This document shows positions 25,756 through 35,199 of a DNA stretch of 64,000 bases, piece by piece. The notes below the pieces were generated by a model. It worked only from the letters and a program-made list of their open reading frames with translations. It did no database searches and was not told the DNA's origin. A program made the position numbers and the translations under genes. Numbering within the stretch: position 1 is the first letter of the stretch; every line of letters starts with the position of its first letter. The DNA is from Coraliomargarita sp. (GTDB lineage: Bacteria > Verrucomicrobiota > Verrucomicrobiia > Opitutales > Coraliomargaritaceae): the NCBI GenBank assembly GCA_965216325.1, contig OZ244160.1, positions 640,001 to 704,000 on the forward strand. Reading direction: 5' to 3'.

Positions 25756-26892
25756 TTAGCGGTCGAGCAGTTTGAGGAATTCCTCGTTGCTCTTGGTCAT
25801 GCTGATGCGGTCGATCATCGCTTCTGCAGCATCTTCGATCTTTTGACCTGCCAGTGCGCGGCGTAGGAACTGGGATGCTTCGAGGCGCTTTCCAGAGAGG
25901 AGTAGCTCTTCGCGGCGTGTGCCGGAGGCATTCAGATTCACTGCAGGCCAGAGTCGGAGCTCGGCGGCCTTGCGGTCGAGCACCATTTCCATGTTACCAG
26001 TGCCCTTGAATTCCTGGAAGATCAGTTCGTCCATCTTGCTGCCGGTCTCAATCAGAGCAGTGGCAATGATGGTCAAGCTACCGCCTTCTTCGCAATTACG
26101 CGCCGCAGAGAACAGCTGACGTGGCTTTTCCAGCGCGCGAATGTCGAGACCACCGGTCATGGTGCGGCCACCTTTGCCGGAGGCAGAGTTGTAGGCGCGG
26201 GAGAGACGGGTGATGGAGTCGAGGAGGAAGACCACGTCTTTGCCCGCTTCGACCAGACGCTTGGCGCGCTCGATCGCGAGTTCGGCCACACGGATGTGGC
26301 TGGTGATCTCCTCATCGTTGGAGGAGGCGTAAATCTCGGCATCGACGCTACGCTTGAAGTCGGTGACTTCTTCCGGGCGCTCGTCGACCAGCAGCACGAT
26401 CAGGTGGCAGTCGTCTTTGTAGTTTTCGGAAATGCCGTGCGCGATGTCGTGGAGTAGGGTGGTCTTACCGGTACGCGGTGGTGCGACGATTAGACCACGG
26501 GTGCCCTTACCGATTGGGCAGAAAAGATCCATCACGCGAGTGGTGAGGCGGGCGTCCTTGGCTTCGAGGATGAGTTGCTCATCGGGCGCGATCGAAACCA
26601 TTTGCTGGAAGCTGTAGCGGCCCTTGCGCTCTTCCATTGTGAGGCCGTCGACCTTGTCGATGAAGCGGACCTTCGGATTCGGATGGCGTGAGTTGTGGAG
26701 CGCTTTGGCTTCGACGAAGCTGCCTTGCTTGAGCTTGAAGCGCTTGATCAACTCGCGCGGCACGAACGGGTCGCTTGGCTTGGTCTTGCCGTTGCGGCTG
26801 GGGTCGATCAATTGGCCGGTCTTATTCTGGAGGATTTCCAGAATGCCGGATACTTCAACTTCGTTGTCCTTGGGCTTTTCTTCCTGACTCAT
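25756..26892 (-). CDS. rho: Transcription termination factor Rho
   Basis: [44 protein letters not shown] and SGTRREELL. Confidence 0.97.
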   Translation of the reverse strand: MSQEEKPKDNEVEVSGILEILQNKTGQLIDPSRNGKTKPSDPFVPRELIKRFKLKQGSFVEAKALHNSRHPNPKVRFIDKVDGLTMEERKGRYSFQQMVSIAPDEQLILEAKDARLTTRVMDLFCPIGKGTRGLIVAPPRTGKTTLLHDIAHGISENYKDDCHLIVLLVDERPEEVTDFKRSVDAEIYASSNDEEITSHIRVAELAIERAKRLVEAGKDVVFLLDSITRLSRAYNSASGKGGRTMTGGLDIRALEKPRQLFSAARNCEEGGSLTIIATALIETGSKMDELIFQEFKGTGNMEMVLDRKAAELRLWPAVNLNASGTRREELLLSGKRLEASQFLRRALAGQKIEDAAEAMIDRISMTKSNEEFLKLLDR

Positions 26893-27136
26893 CTGAGCGT
26901 GACTGCGTGCCGAACGGCACTTTGTGATTCAAATTGGGCAGACGGAATGACTCCTTTGCCACAAAAAAGGGTGCCGAATATGCTCTCGGCGCGGTAGCTA
27001 TCGTGTTGTGCGTGAGGCCGAATTTCTGAATCCGTGCGTCTGTAAGCGCCTTTGCTTACCTGCATCAGTTACGATGAATCAGATTTATGTGGAGCGATCT
27101 GCGCCTGTCAACGCTTAGAATTCGTCTCGGATTTTG

Positions 27137-27165
27137 GTAGTGCAGGCGAGACGCGACTGCGCTAC
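27137..27165. repeat. GTAG-type REP; its GTAG supplies the SRPBCC gene's stop codon
   Basis: Minus strand GTAGCGCAGTCGCGTCTCGCCTGCACTAC; TAG at 27162-27164. Confidence 0.7.
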
Positions 27166-27623
27166 CTCTTGAAAACCTCAGGTAGAGCTGTTTCACGGTA
27201 GCCAAAAATGTGCCGGAGTTGCTTTTTGACATAAATGCCGTGCGCCAGTGCCCCGAATGGGCCGAAGGGCAGGGCGTAGTGGACGCGGTCAACGAAGCGA
27301 ATGCCGCCCTCAACCTCGGTAATCTCGTGATAGTGGAACCACAATTTGTAGGGCCCGATACGCTGCTCGTCGACGAAGCTATGTTGTTCGCTAATGTGCT
27401 TAATCTCGGTCAGCCAGCGTTGTTTGCCGAGGAAGGGGATGCCAATGCGGTATTCGATGATCAACCCATTGGACATCTCGTCTGGGAGGTCGGAAACAAT
27501 CTCGAAGTCGAGCTCGGGAGGTGTGATGCGGTTCAGGTTCTCGGGCCTGCGAATGAAATCCCAAGCTTCGGAGAGGGTTGTCGGGACTACTTGTTCGTAA
27601 TAGAGTTGGTGCACAGTAGGCAT
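27162..27623 (-). CDS. SRPBCC (START-like lipid-binding) family protein
   Basis: AWDFIRRPENLNRITPP, FVDEQRIGPYKLWFHYH and IFGYRE. Confidence 0.88.
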   Translation of the reverse strand: MPTVHQLYYEQVVPTTLSEAWDFIRRPENLNRITPPELDFEIVSDLPDEMSNGLIIEYRIGIPFLGKQRWLTEIKHISEQHSFVDEQRIGPYKLWFHYHEITEVEGGIRFVDRVHYALPFGPFGALAHGIYVKKQLRHIFGYRETALPEVFKR

Positions 27624-27631
27624 TTATATGG

Positions 27632-27657
27632 AACGTTTGACCTTGGTCGGACTTACG
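27632..27657 (-). promoter_or_regulatory. ECF-type promoter motif (SRPBCC gene)
   Basis: CGTAAG-N16-CGTT ending 8 nt before the ATG. Confidence 0.6.
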
Positions 27658-27687
27658 CTTATACCTTAAAAAGAAAGCGAGTTCAGC

Positions 27688-27713
27688 CGTAAGGTTTGGC
27701 GCGAGGGCTCGTT
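27688..27713 (+). promoter_or_regulatory. ECF-type promoter motif (desaturase operon)
   Basis: CGTAAG-N16-CGTT ending 16 nt before the ATG. Confidence 0.6.
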
Positions 27714-27729
27714 TTCTCTACATCTGCTA

Positions 27730-28641
27730 ATGAGAACACTCTACGATATTTTTAAGCACGGGCTGCAGGACCAAGATAACCGCCTGCTCATGGCGTCCTC
27801 TCCTGTGGTGATCATGCATCTGGCGTGTATCGGAGCCTTATTCACCGGATTCAGCTGGGTTGCTGTGGTGACGCTACTACTGACCTATTCGATTCGGGTC
27901 TTTGCACTCACCGCCGGGTTTCATCGCTACTTTTCACACCGTGCGTTCAAGACCAGTCGTGCCTTTCAATTTGTGCTCGCATGGGTGGGCACCTCCTCGG
28001 CTCAGTTGGGCCCGATGTGGTGGGCGGCAAATCATCGTCACCATCACCAGCATTCTGACAAAGAGCCAGACATTCACTCACCAGTCATCAAAGACGCTTT
28101 CTGGGCGCACATTGGCTGGGTTATGTGCAAGGCACACAGCGAGATAAAATACGATCGGATTAAGGATCTCAGCAAGTACCGCGAGTTGCGATTTATTGAC
28201 CGCTTCCACGTCTTACCCGTGCTGTCATTGATCGGGCTGCTATATGCGATTGGTGCGGGGCTGAATACTGCGTTTCCTGCGCTGGGGACCAGTGGCATGC
28301 AACTGGTGATGTGGGGCTTCTTTTTGAGCACTATTCTCGTCTATCACGTCACTTTTTGTGTGAACTCGGTGACTCATATCGTAGGTAAGAAGCGCTTTGT
28401 GACCGATGACGAAAGTCGCAACAGTTGGTGGGTTGCGTTGCTCACCTTTGGTGAGGGCTGGCATAATAATCATCACCGTTGGCCACTCTCCGCCCGTCAA
28501 GGTATGTATTGGTGGGAGTTAGACATTACCTACTACATGCTGCGAGTATTGGAAAAATGTGGTTTGGTTTGGGACCTGAAGGTCTATCCACATAGTATTT
28601 ATGAGGAAGCCGAGCACGGTATTGTTGTGGAGACTTCTTAG
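27730..28641 (+). CDS. Membrane fatty acid (delta-9-type) desaturase
   Basis: His boxes HRYFSH, HRHHH and HNNHH; GEGWHNNHH. Confidence 0.92.
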   Translation: MRTLYDIFKHGLQDQDNRLLMASSPVVIMHLACIGALFTGFSWVAVVTLLLTYSIRVFALTAGFHRYFSHRAFKTSRAFQFVLAWVGTSSAQLGPMWWAANHRHHHQHSDKEPDIHSPVIKDAFWAHIGWVMCKAHSEIKYDRIKDLSKYRELRFIDRFHVLPVLSLIGLLYAIGAGLNTAFPALGTSGMQLVMWGFFLSTILVYHVTFCVNSVTHIVGKKRFVTDDESRNSWWVALLTFGEGWHNNHHRWPLSARQGMYWWELDITYYMLRVLEKCGLVWDLKVYPHSIYEEAEHGIVVETS

Positions 28642-28643
28642 AG

Positions 28644-29426
28644 ATGGGATTTTGGCTGCCATTTTTCGTGATTGGCTTTGGGCTGGCAGCCAGTGCGTAT
28701 TTGATTGCTCGTGGCCTTAAGCACATGGCGATTGTGGATCTAATTTGGACTGCTGGGCTCGGTATTGCTGGATTGGTCTATGTGCTAAGCTTAGAGAGTG
28801 CCTCTGGGCGTTCTTGGTGTGTGCTCATCGTGTTGGGATTGTGGTCCTTCCGCTTAAGTTTGCACTTGCTTCGTGATCGAGTGCTTCGTGGCCATGAAGA
28901 TCCGCGTTATCAGGCTTTGGCGAACCACTGGGGCGAGCAGTCGGGGCGCAATTTTTTCGGGCTCTTCCTAGTGCAAATTGTGTTTGTCGCTTTGTTTTTG
29001 CTACCGTTCGGTGTTGCTGCGGAAAACAGGTCTGAACTCTGGCGCGTCAGCGACTTTATCGCGCTGGGCATTGCGGCAGTTGCTTTGCTCGGTGAAACGC
29101 TTGCGGATCGTCAGTTAGCACGCTTTCGGGCTCAGCCTGATAATTCTGGCAAGGTCTGTCGAGAGGGCCTTTGGCGCTATTCGCGCCATCCCAACTACTT
29201 CTTTGAATGGGTTTTCTGGTGGACCTTTGTGGCCTTTGCCTGGGGAGCTGGAAATTGGTGGGTAAGTTTACTCGGACCCGCTGCGATGTATTGTTTCTTA
29301 CGTTATCTTACCGGCATCCCTTATGCAGAACGTTCGTCGCTGAAGCGGCGCGGTGAGGCTTACCGAAATTACCAACAAACCACCAGCGCCTTCTTCCCAT
29401 GGATACCACACAAACCACGTCCGTAA
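28644..29426 (+). CDS. DUF1295 / steroid 5-alpha-reductase-like membrane protein
   Basis: EDPRY, ETLADRQL, GLWRYSRHPNYFFE and YQQTTSAFFP. Confidence 0.88.
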   Translation: MGFWLPFFVIGFGLAASAYLIARGLKHMAIVDLIWTAGLGIAGLVYVLSLESASGRSWCVLIVLGLWSFRLSLHLLRDRVLRGHEDPRYQALANHWGEQSGRNFFGLFLVQIVFVALFLLPFGVAAENRSELWRVSDFIALGIAAVALLGETLADRQLARFRAQPDNSGKVCREGLWRYSRHPNYFFEWVFWWTFVAFAWGAGNWWVSLLGPAAMYCFLRYLTGIPYAERSSLKRRGEAYRNYQQTTSAFFPWIPHKPRP

Positions 29427-30628
29427 GTCCCGCAGGAATCCGAAGCACCCAAAAGCTTGCACTTGCTGAACGGCTCTTTTGTCAGGCACTCAAAGACCTA
29501 ACAGGCGGACGGCTTCACATCACCTTTCCAAGTGGTGCGGAGATGATCGTTGGGCAAGGAGGCTGCAGTATCGAATCGTTACGGATTCAGCATCCTCGTT
29601 TCTTTAGGAAAGTGCTGTCGGGGGGCAGTGTTGCCTTCGGTGAGGCTTATGTTGAGGGTCTTTGGACGACTTCGAATCTGAGTGGTTTGCTTCGCTTGCT
29701 TGCGCACAATCAGCAACAGACCGGGCGTTTGCAACGAGGCTTCTCGCTGGTGAGTCAGAAGATCAATCAAGCGACGCATCGTTTGCGCAGAAATACCGTT
29801 GAGCAGAGCCGTCAGAACATCCAGGCGCACTACGACTTGAGTAATGATTTCTATGCGCATTTTTTGGATCCTACGATGACCTATTCCAGTGCCTTGTTTG
29901 CGAATTCAGAGCAGACTTTGGAGCAAGCGCAGATCAATAAGATCAATCGTATGTTGGACCTCGCTGAAGTCTGGGCGGGGGATCATATTCTAGAGATCGG
30001 CAGTGGTTGGGGCGCACTCGCAATTGAAGCAGCCAAGCGAGGTTGCAAGGTGACGACGATTACGCTCTCTGACGAACAGTATGCCTTGGCGAAACAACGC
30101 TTCGAAGAGGCTGGTGTTGCCGAACAGATCGAGATCCGGCTACAGGACTACCGGAATTTGTCTGGACAGTTTGATGCGGTGGTGTCCTGCGAGATGATTG
30201 AAGCCGTTGGTAAGGAATATTTGCCGAGCTACTTTAAGATGATTCAGGACTCACTAAAGCCCGGCGCCAAAGCTGTGATTCAGGCAATCACGATTCCGGA
30301 TGAACGCTATGAGAGTTACAGCAACAGCTGCGACTGGATTCAGAAGCACATTTTCCCTGGCGGGCATTTACCATCGCCTGGGGCAATTCGTGAGCAGGTG
30401 AATGTCGCAGGTAAAATGGTCGTGCAATCCATGGATGGTTTCGGATACGACTATGCTGAAACGCTGCGTCGCTGGGCGGATGAATTTAAAGCGAACTGGT
30501 CTACGATTGAGCCGCTCGGTTTTGATGAAGCGTTCCGCCGCAAGTGGAATTACTACCTCAGCTATTGTGAGGCTGGCTTTGATGAAGACCTCATCGATGT
30601 ACAGCACGTCGTGCTGGAGCGGGTTTAA
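29399..30628 (+). CDS. cfa: Cyclopropane-fatty-acyl-phospholipid synthase family SAM methyltransferase
   Basis: HYDLSNDFY, MTYSSA, LEIGSGWG, IFPGGHLP and WNYYLSYCEAGF. Confidence 0.9.
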   Translation: MDTTQTTSVSPAGIRSTQKLALAERLFCQALKDLTGGRLHITFPSGAEMIVGQGGCSIESLRIQHPRFFRKVLSGGSVAFGEAYVEGLWTTSNLSGLLRLLAHNQQQTGRLQRGFSLVSQKINQATHRLRRNTVEQSRQNIQAHYDLSNDFYAHFLDPTMTYSSALFANSEQTLEQAQINKINRMLDLAEVWAGDHILEIGSGWGALAIEAAKRGCKVTTITLSDEQYALAKQRFEEAGVAEQIEIRLQDYRNLSGQFDAVVSCEMIEAVGKEYLPSYFKMIQDSLKPGAKAVIQAITIPDERYESYSNSCDWIQKHIFPGGHLPSPGAIREQVNVAGKMVVQSMDGFGYDYAETLRRWADEFKANWSTIEPLGFDEAFRRKWNYYLSYCEAGFDEDLIDVQHVVLERV

Positions 30629-30630
30629 AT

Positions 30631-30696
30631 GTAGAACAGGCGCCTCGCCTGTTGATGATTGGTGCTCAGGTGACACAGGCAAGATGCCTGTGCTAC
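30631..30696. repeat. GTAG-type REP doublet between convergent genes
   Basis: GTAGAACAGGCGCCTCGCCTGTT ... CACAGGCAAGATGCCTGTGCTAC. Confidence 0.85.
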
Positions 30697-30698
30697 GA

Positions 30699-31496
30699 TT
30701 AAATCACTGGCCTCCATCCTTCCGGATGATCTCGGTCTATTAGAGTGTTGGTGGATTCCGGCGAAGGACGTTTGAACACCGGAAGTTTTTTCTTATAGTA
30801 GAGATGTGCGGCTTGCCAGAGGATGCGTGGCATGCTGTTGAGTGCTGTATCCAGGGGGTGGAGCAGTGCGTAGCGCCAGATGCTTTGATTGCTAATCGGG
30901 TGTCCATCTCCCTGTATCCACGTTTTTAATACGCAGGAACCTTCGCGGTAAAGGTCGACGCCGAGGAAGATGTGGTCGCCCTTGATCTGGAAGGTGAACT
31001 TATAGACGCCTGCCATGTTGTTGAAGGGCGACACGTGAAAGTCCTTGGGGCACTCTGCGGTCCAGCACTGTGCTTTGACCTGCATGAGTTCTTTGAGTGG
31101 GTAGACGTGCCGATCTTTGAAGGTGTTATTTACTTCCGCGACCACGGCTATGAGCTCAGACCCCGCCATGCGTAGGTGAAAATTGACAGGGTTGAATGCA
31201 TAGCCGAAATAGCGCGGTGAGCTGATCAGGATTGTGTGCTCATCAATCTGCTCTGGCCCGAGCAACTGTTCGAGGTCTTGCTGAATCGGTGAGCCTGTGC
31301 CGTATAAGTAATCACGATCGCGTAGAGTCAGTAGATTGGATTGGTTGTGGCTGAACAGTGGGGCTTGGCTTTGAATGGAGTCGAGTTCATCCAGTCCGAA
31401 TCCGAAAAAGGTCGCAGGATACGTGAAGGCATGTGGTGTGGGGCCCATTCGTTGATGGGTGACTTCGCCACGATAAATTCTGGAATGTTGTATCAC
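30699..31496 (-). CDS. DUF1365 family protein
   Basis: HQRMGPTPHAFTY, PRYFGYAFNPVNF, AEVNNTF, KDFHVSPF and ILWQA. Confidence 0.88.
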   Translation of the reverse strand: MIQHSRIYRGEVTHQRMGPTPHAFTYPATFFGFGLDELDSIQSQAPLFSHNQSNLLTLRDRDYLYGTGSPIQQDLEQLLGPEQIDEHTILISSPRYFGYAFNPVNFHLRMAGSELIAVVAEVNNTFKDRHVYPLKELMQVKAQCWTAECPKDFHVSPFNNMAGVYKFTFQIKGDHIFLGVDLYREGSCVLKTWIQGDGHPISNQSIWRYALLHPLDTALNSMPRILWQAAHLYYKKKLPVFKRPSPESTNTLIDRDHPEGWRPVI

Positions 31497-32767
31497 AATT
31501 CGATGCCGAAGCCTTGGGCGACTTCAACTGCTGAACGCACCGCATCTTCATGGAAGCCATAGCCGAAATAACTGCCACAGAACCATGTGTTTTGTGTGCC
31601 GTTCATCTCTTTGAGGCGTGGCTGAGTCGCCATGCTTTCAGTTGAATAGAGCGGATGCATTAGTGTGGTTTGGTTGATCACGCGGTCGTCTGCGATGGGG
31701 CGCGTGGTATTGAGGGTAACAATATAATCTCGCTCAGTTTGCAGATCCTGCAAGCGGTTCATGTAATAACTGACAGAGACCGGGCGTTGGTCGGTATGGC
31801 CGGATTCGCGGGCGAAATTCCAAGAGGACCACAGCTTTGAGTTGTCCGGTAGATGCGTGGTGTCGGTGTGCAGGGTAACCGTGTTGGGCTGATAACGCCA
31901 CGGACCTAAGTTCTGTTGTTCCTGTTCGCTGGGATCGAGCAAGAGCTTGAGGGCTTCGTCCGCATGTGCGCCAATCACGACATGATCGAATTCGAGCGTT
32001 TCACCGTCTTGCATGAGTAGGCTCACTCCATTCTCATGCCTCTGGATGGTTTGCGGCGCCGCGTTGAGTTGTGGTGGATGTTTGAAGGTTTTGAGCATGG
32101 CTTGCACGTAGGTGCGTGAGCCGCCTTTGACGTATTTCCACTGTGGTCGGTTGGTCAGGCGCAAGAGTCCATGATTCTCCAGAAAGTGTAGATAGGGCTG
32201 GGCTGGAAACTCGCGTAGCTCTTGAATCGGAGACGACCAAATTGCGGCCCCCATGGGATAGAGGTAGTGATGCAGGAAGGCCTGACCGAATTTTCGCTCG
32301 TCGCAGTAGTCACCTAATGTGCGGCCTGCCAAATAGCCGGATTGTAAGTCTCGGTAGCCCACTTTAGCAAAGCGCCAGAGATCGCTCACGAAGGCCAGGT
32401 GAGCGGGCTTGAAATAGTAGCCAAGAGATGGGAAAAGGCTGCCGATCGAATTGCCCGAGTAGGCATAGCCACTCACTGTGTCATTGAAACTGAAGGTCAT
32501 TGAACTGTCCGCGAGTTCGACCTTCAATTGTCGAAGCACTTCTGTGAAGTGCGGATAGTTTCGATGGTTCATTACGATGAACCCGGTATCAACGGGAGTG
32601 CCTGCGTCGGGCCCATCCGTGATGTCCAATGTGCGTGTGTGGCCACCAGGATAATCATTCTTTTCGAAGAGGTGAACTTCGTGTTTGCGGCTGAGCAGCC
32701 AAGCCGCAGTTAGACCCGCAACGCCGCATCCGATGACAGCGATTTTCAAGGGAGAATCTGTTTGCAT
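31493..32767 (-). CDS. FAD-dependent oxidoreductase (amine oxidase-like; partner of DUF1365)
   Basis: GCGVAGL, GGHTRT, VDTGFIVMN, AAIWS and GYGFHED. Confidence 0.9.
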   Translation of the reverse strand: MQTDSPLKIAVIGCGVAGLTAAWLLSRKHEVHLFEKNDYPGGHTRTLDITDGPDAGTPVDTGFIVMNHRNYPHFTEVLRQLKVELADSSMTFSFNDTVSGYAYSGNSIGSLFPSLGYYFKPAHLAFVSDLWRFAKVGYRDLQSGYLAGRTLGDYCDERKFGQAFLHHYLYPMGAAIWSSPIQELREFPAQPYLHFLENHGLLRLTNRPQWKYVKGGSRTYVQAMLKTFKHPPQLNAAPQTIQRHENGVSLLMQDGETLEFDHVVIGAHADEALKLLLDPSEQEQQNLGPWRYQPNTVTLHTDTTHLPDNSKLWSSWNFARESGHTDQRPVSVSYYMNRLQDLQTERDYIVTLNTTRPIADDRVINQTTLMHPLYSTESMATQPRLKEMNGTQNTWFCGSYFGYGFHEDAVRSAVEVAQGFGIEL

Positions 32768-32780
32768 ACGAGTAATAAGG

Positions 32781-32897
32781 GTAGGGCTGTCTCGCTGAGG
32801 CAGCCGTTGGGCAATGATGCCTGAAATTGGTGATCCACTATGGCTTGGTGACTCTTATCAACATGGGCGAACGACAGCCTCGGCGAGGCTGCCCTAC
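32781..32897. repeat. GTAGGG-type REP doublet
   Basis: GTAGGGCTGTCTCGCTGAGGCAGCCGTT and an inverted arm reading GTAGGGCAGCCTCGCCGAGGCTGTCGTT on the minus strand. Confidence 0.8.
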
Positions 32898-32906
32898 CAA
32901 AATAAA

Positions 32907-33935
32907 TTAATTGGCCTGATCGGGTTTGCTGAAACGGTAGTGCATCACGCACCACTCATTTCCATCACGATAGGCGAATAGTTCAGAACATGCCATATAG
33001 AAAATGCGCCATCGCTGCAGCCAGACCTTGGCCTGCTTACCATAGCAGTCGCGGAAGAGCCTGAGCACTTCGGTTTCGTTTTGATCCTGGAGTTGTAGCC
33101 AGGTTTCAAGGGTTTTGCTGTAGTGTAGCCCGTTGACCTCCCAGCGTTCTTCTTCCTCCAAGATGCCTTTGGCTGCGGTCGGCAGCAGGTCGGCGGATGG
33201 CATGATTCCTCCAGTGAAAAAGTATTTCGACATCCAGTCCTTACTACTGCGTGGTTCAAACAGATAGCAGTGTTGCTTGTTGGCGAACACGTGCAGGAAC
33301 ACTTTGCCTCCCGGGTGTAGCCAATCGGTGATGCGCCCAAAGAGCTGACGGTGATTGCGGACATGTTCAAACATTTCGACGGATACAATGCGATCAAAGC
33401 GTCCTTGCGGAATGAACTCGTTGATGTCGCAAGTGATGACTCTCAAGTTACGCAGCCCACGTACTTTTGCCTGAGCATCAATGTAGGACTTTTGTGAGTG
33501 GGAGTTGCTAATGGATACGATCTCGCTGCCCGGGTAATGGGCAGCCATCCATAGACTGAGTGAGCCCCAGCCGCAGCCGAGTTCGAGAATACTTTGGCCA
33601 TTGCGGATTTGGGCACGTTCGCAGCTGAGTTGCAGCATGGCCATCTCTGCGGATTCAAGGCTGTGGCAGTCCTGACTCCAATAGCCACTACTGTATTTTA
33701 GATGGGGGCCGAGCACCAACTGGAAGTAGGGAGCGGGCACTTCATAATGCTGCTCATTTGCAGCATCGGTTTGCTCGGCGATAGGACGTTGACTCAGATC
33801 GTCGACCCATTGCTCCGCAGTGCGGGGGGATGCCTCCAGTTGCTCGATACGTTCCTTCAAGAGCTTGCCGATCCCAATGCGGATTAGGGCGTCATTGAGA
33901 AGGCGGTGCTCGGCTAAATTGATGGCTAGGTTCAT
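32907..33935 (-). CDS. CFA-synthase-like SAM methyltransferase (second class)
   Basis: ANEQHYEVP, LGPHLKYS, LELGCGWGSL, VEMFEHVRN and FFTGGIMPS; ATG at 33935 chosen as start. Confidence 0.88.
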   Translation of the reverse strand: MNLAINLAEHRLLNDALIRIGIGKLLKERIEQLEASPRTAEQWVDDLSQRPIAEQTDAANEQHYEVPAPYFQLVLGPHLKYSSGYWSQDCHSLESAEMAMLQLSCERAQIRNGQSILELGCGWGSLSLWMAAHYPGSEIVSISNSHSQKSYIDAQAKVRGLRNLRVITCDINEFIPQGRFDRIVSVEMFEHVRNHRQLFGRITDWLHPGGKVFLHVFANKQHCYLFEPRSSKDWMSKYFFTGGIMPSADLLPTAAKGILEEEERWEVNGLHYSKTLETWLQLQDQNETEVLRLFRDCYGKQAKVWLQRWRIFYMACSELFAYRDGNEWCVMHYRFSKPDQAN

Positions 33936-33959
33936 TGGCAGATATAGTTGTGTAAATAT

Positions 33960-33986
33960 AACGCTCACGGGGCTTTAATACTTACA
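33960..33986 (-). promoter_or_regulatory. ECF-type promoter motif (methyltransferase/oxidoreductase/DUF1365 operon)
   Basis: TGTAAG-N17-CGTT. Confidence 0.55.
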
Positions 33987-34006
33987 ACTGCAGTGGCTGA
34001 TTTTGG

Positions 34007-34087
34007 GTAGCGCGGCCGCGTCTTGAGGCGCATTATGTTCAAGCTCCATCGTTTCGCCTAGTGCGGTGCGAGACGCACCTGCTCTAC
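34007..34087. repeat. GTAG-type REP doublet, same family as the gsp leader copies
   Basis: GTAGCGCGGCCGCGTCTTGAGGCGCATT and an inverted arm reading GTAGAGCAGGTGCGTCTCGCACCGCAC on the minus strand. Confidence 0.75.
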
Positions 34088-34105
34088 CACCATGTTACGA
34101 CAAAA

Positions 34106-34131
34106 TGTAAGGTCGTCCATGCACCACCGAA
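34106..34131 (+). promoter_or_regulatory. ECF-type promoter motif (SnoaL-like gene)
   Basis: TGTAAG-N16-CGAA ending 8 nt before ATG 34140. Confidence 0.6.
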
Positions 34132-34139
34132 TACTTCCT

Positions 34140-34742
34140 ATGAAACTATTTGTTCAGCTTCAGCACATGCTGCTGTTTCCTTTAGCACTCTTTCTCACTA
34201 GCTGCTCCTCTTCTGAAAACATGCACACACAGACTGTTCCAGATGCTGCTTACACGATGGCGCTTGAGACGTCCGATCCATCCAAGTTCAACTTGCCTGA
34301 GCCCGGTTCTCAAGCTGAGGCTGAAATGCTACAGGGCATTCAAGACTTGTTCAGCACCTATACCTACGAGAATCTGGATGTGAACACGCAGAAGGTCTAT
34401 GCGGATGAAGTCTACTTCAGAGATGCGTTCCGTCTGATCACCAACTCCGCGGATCTACGCGACTACATGTTGCATGGTCTCAAGCCCTTGGAGGGCGCGG
34501 AATTTATCTTTAATGATGTGGCGCGCAGTGGTGGTGATTTTTATCTGAATTGGACGATGCGACTCGACTTTAAGAAAACCCCAACGGGCACATGGGAAGA
34601 GTCGATCGGCATGACACGCATACGCTTCAACTCGGAAGGACAGGTTATTTTTCATCAGGACTTTTGGGATCCGACGGATATTGTGTATCGCCGCATCCCG
34701 ATCGCTCGCGGTCTAATTGGTTACGTTAAAAAGAAGCTTTGA
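34140..34742 (+). CDS. NTF2/SnoaL-like lipoprotein
   Basis: Lipobox LTSC; YADEVYFRDAF, WTMRL and HQDFWD. Confidence 0.8.
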   Translation: MKLFVQLQHMLLFPLALFLTSCSSSENMHTQTVPDAAYTMALETSDPSKFNLPEPGSQAEAEMLQGIQDLFSTYTYENLDVNTQKVYADEVYFRDAFRLITNSADLRDYMLHGLKPLEGAEFIFNDVARSGGDFYLNWTMRLDFKKTPTGTWEESIGMTRIRFNSEGQVIFHQDFWDPTDIVYRRIPIARGLIGYVKKKL

Positions 34743-34805
34743 TTTAGCCGCTATAGGTAGGGGCTGTCTCGAGCACAACGGCGGGACTTGTTCCTAGGAG
34801 CGGTC

Positions 34806-34844
<39 letters not shown>

Positions 34845-34868
34845 CAGGTGAGAGTTCCGCGCAGACAC

Positions 34869-35013
<145 letters not shown>

Positions 35014-35199
35014 GAAATGGATAGGGGGCTTTTTTCAGAGATCAACCCCAAATTTCGTAAAAATGTAACTTTTCTGGATTCTTTTGAAAAAAGCTGCGGT
35101 GGAGCTTGAATGTTGGGTGCCTTTCCCTTAGCAACGAGGGCCTTATCAATAACACACTCTAACTTCCGCTAACCTTTGGTTACGTTTACCTTATCGGCT

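Noticed and set aside
27035..27060. GGTAAG-N16-CGCA upstream of rho as a fifth ECF promoter
   Set aside because: Weaker match, part of a GTAAGC/GCTTAC hairpin, and rho is functionally unrelated to the lipid cluster.
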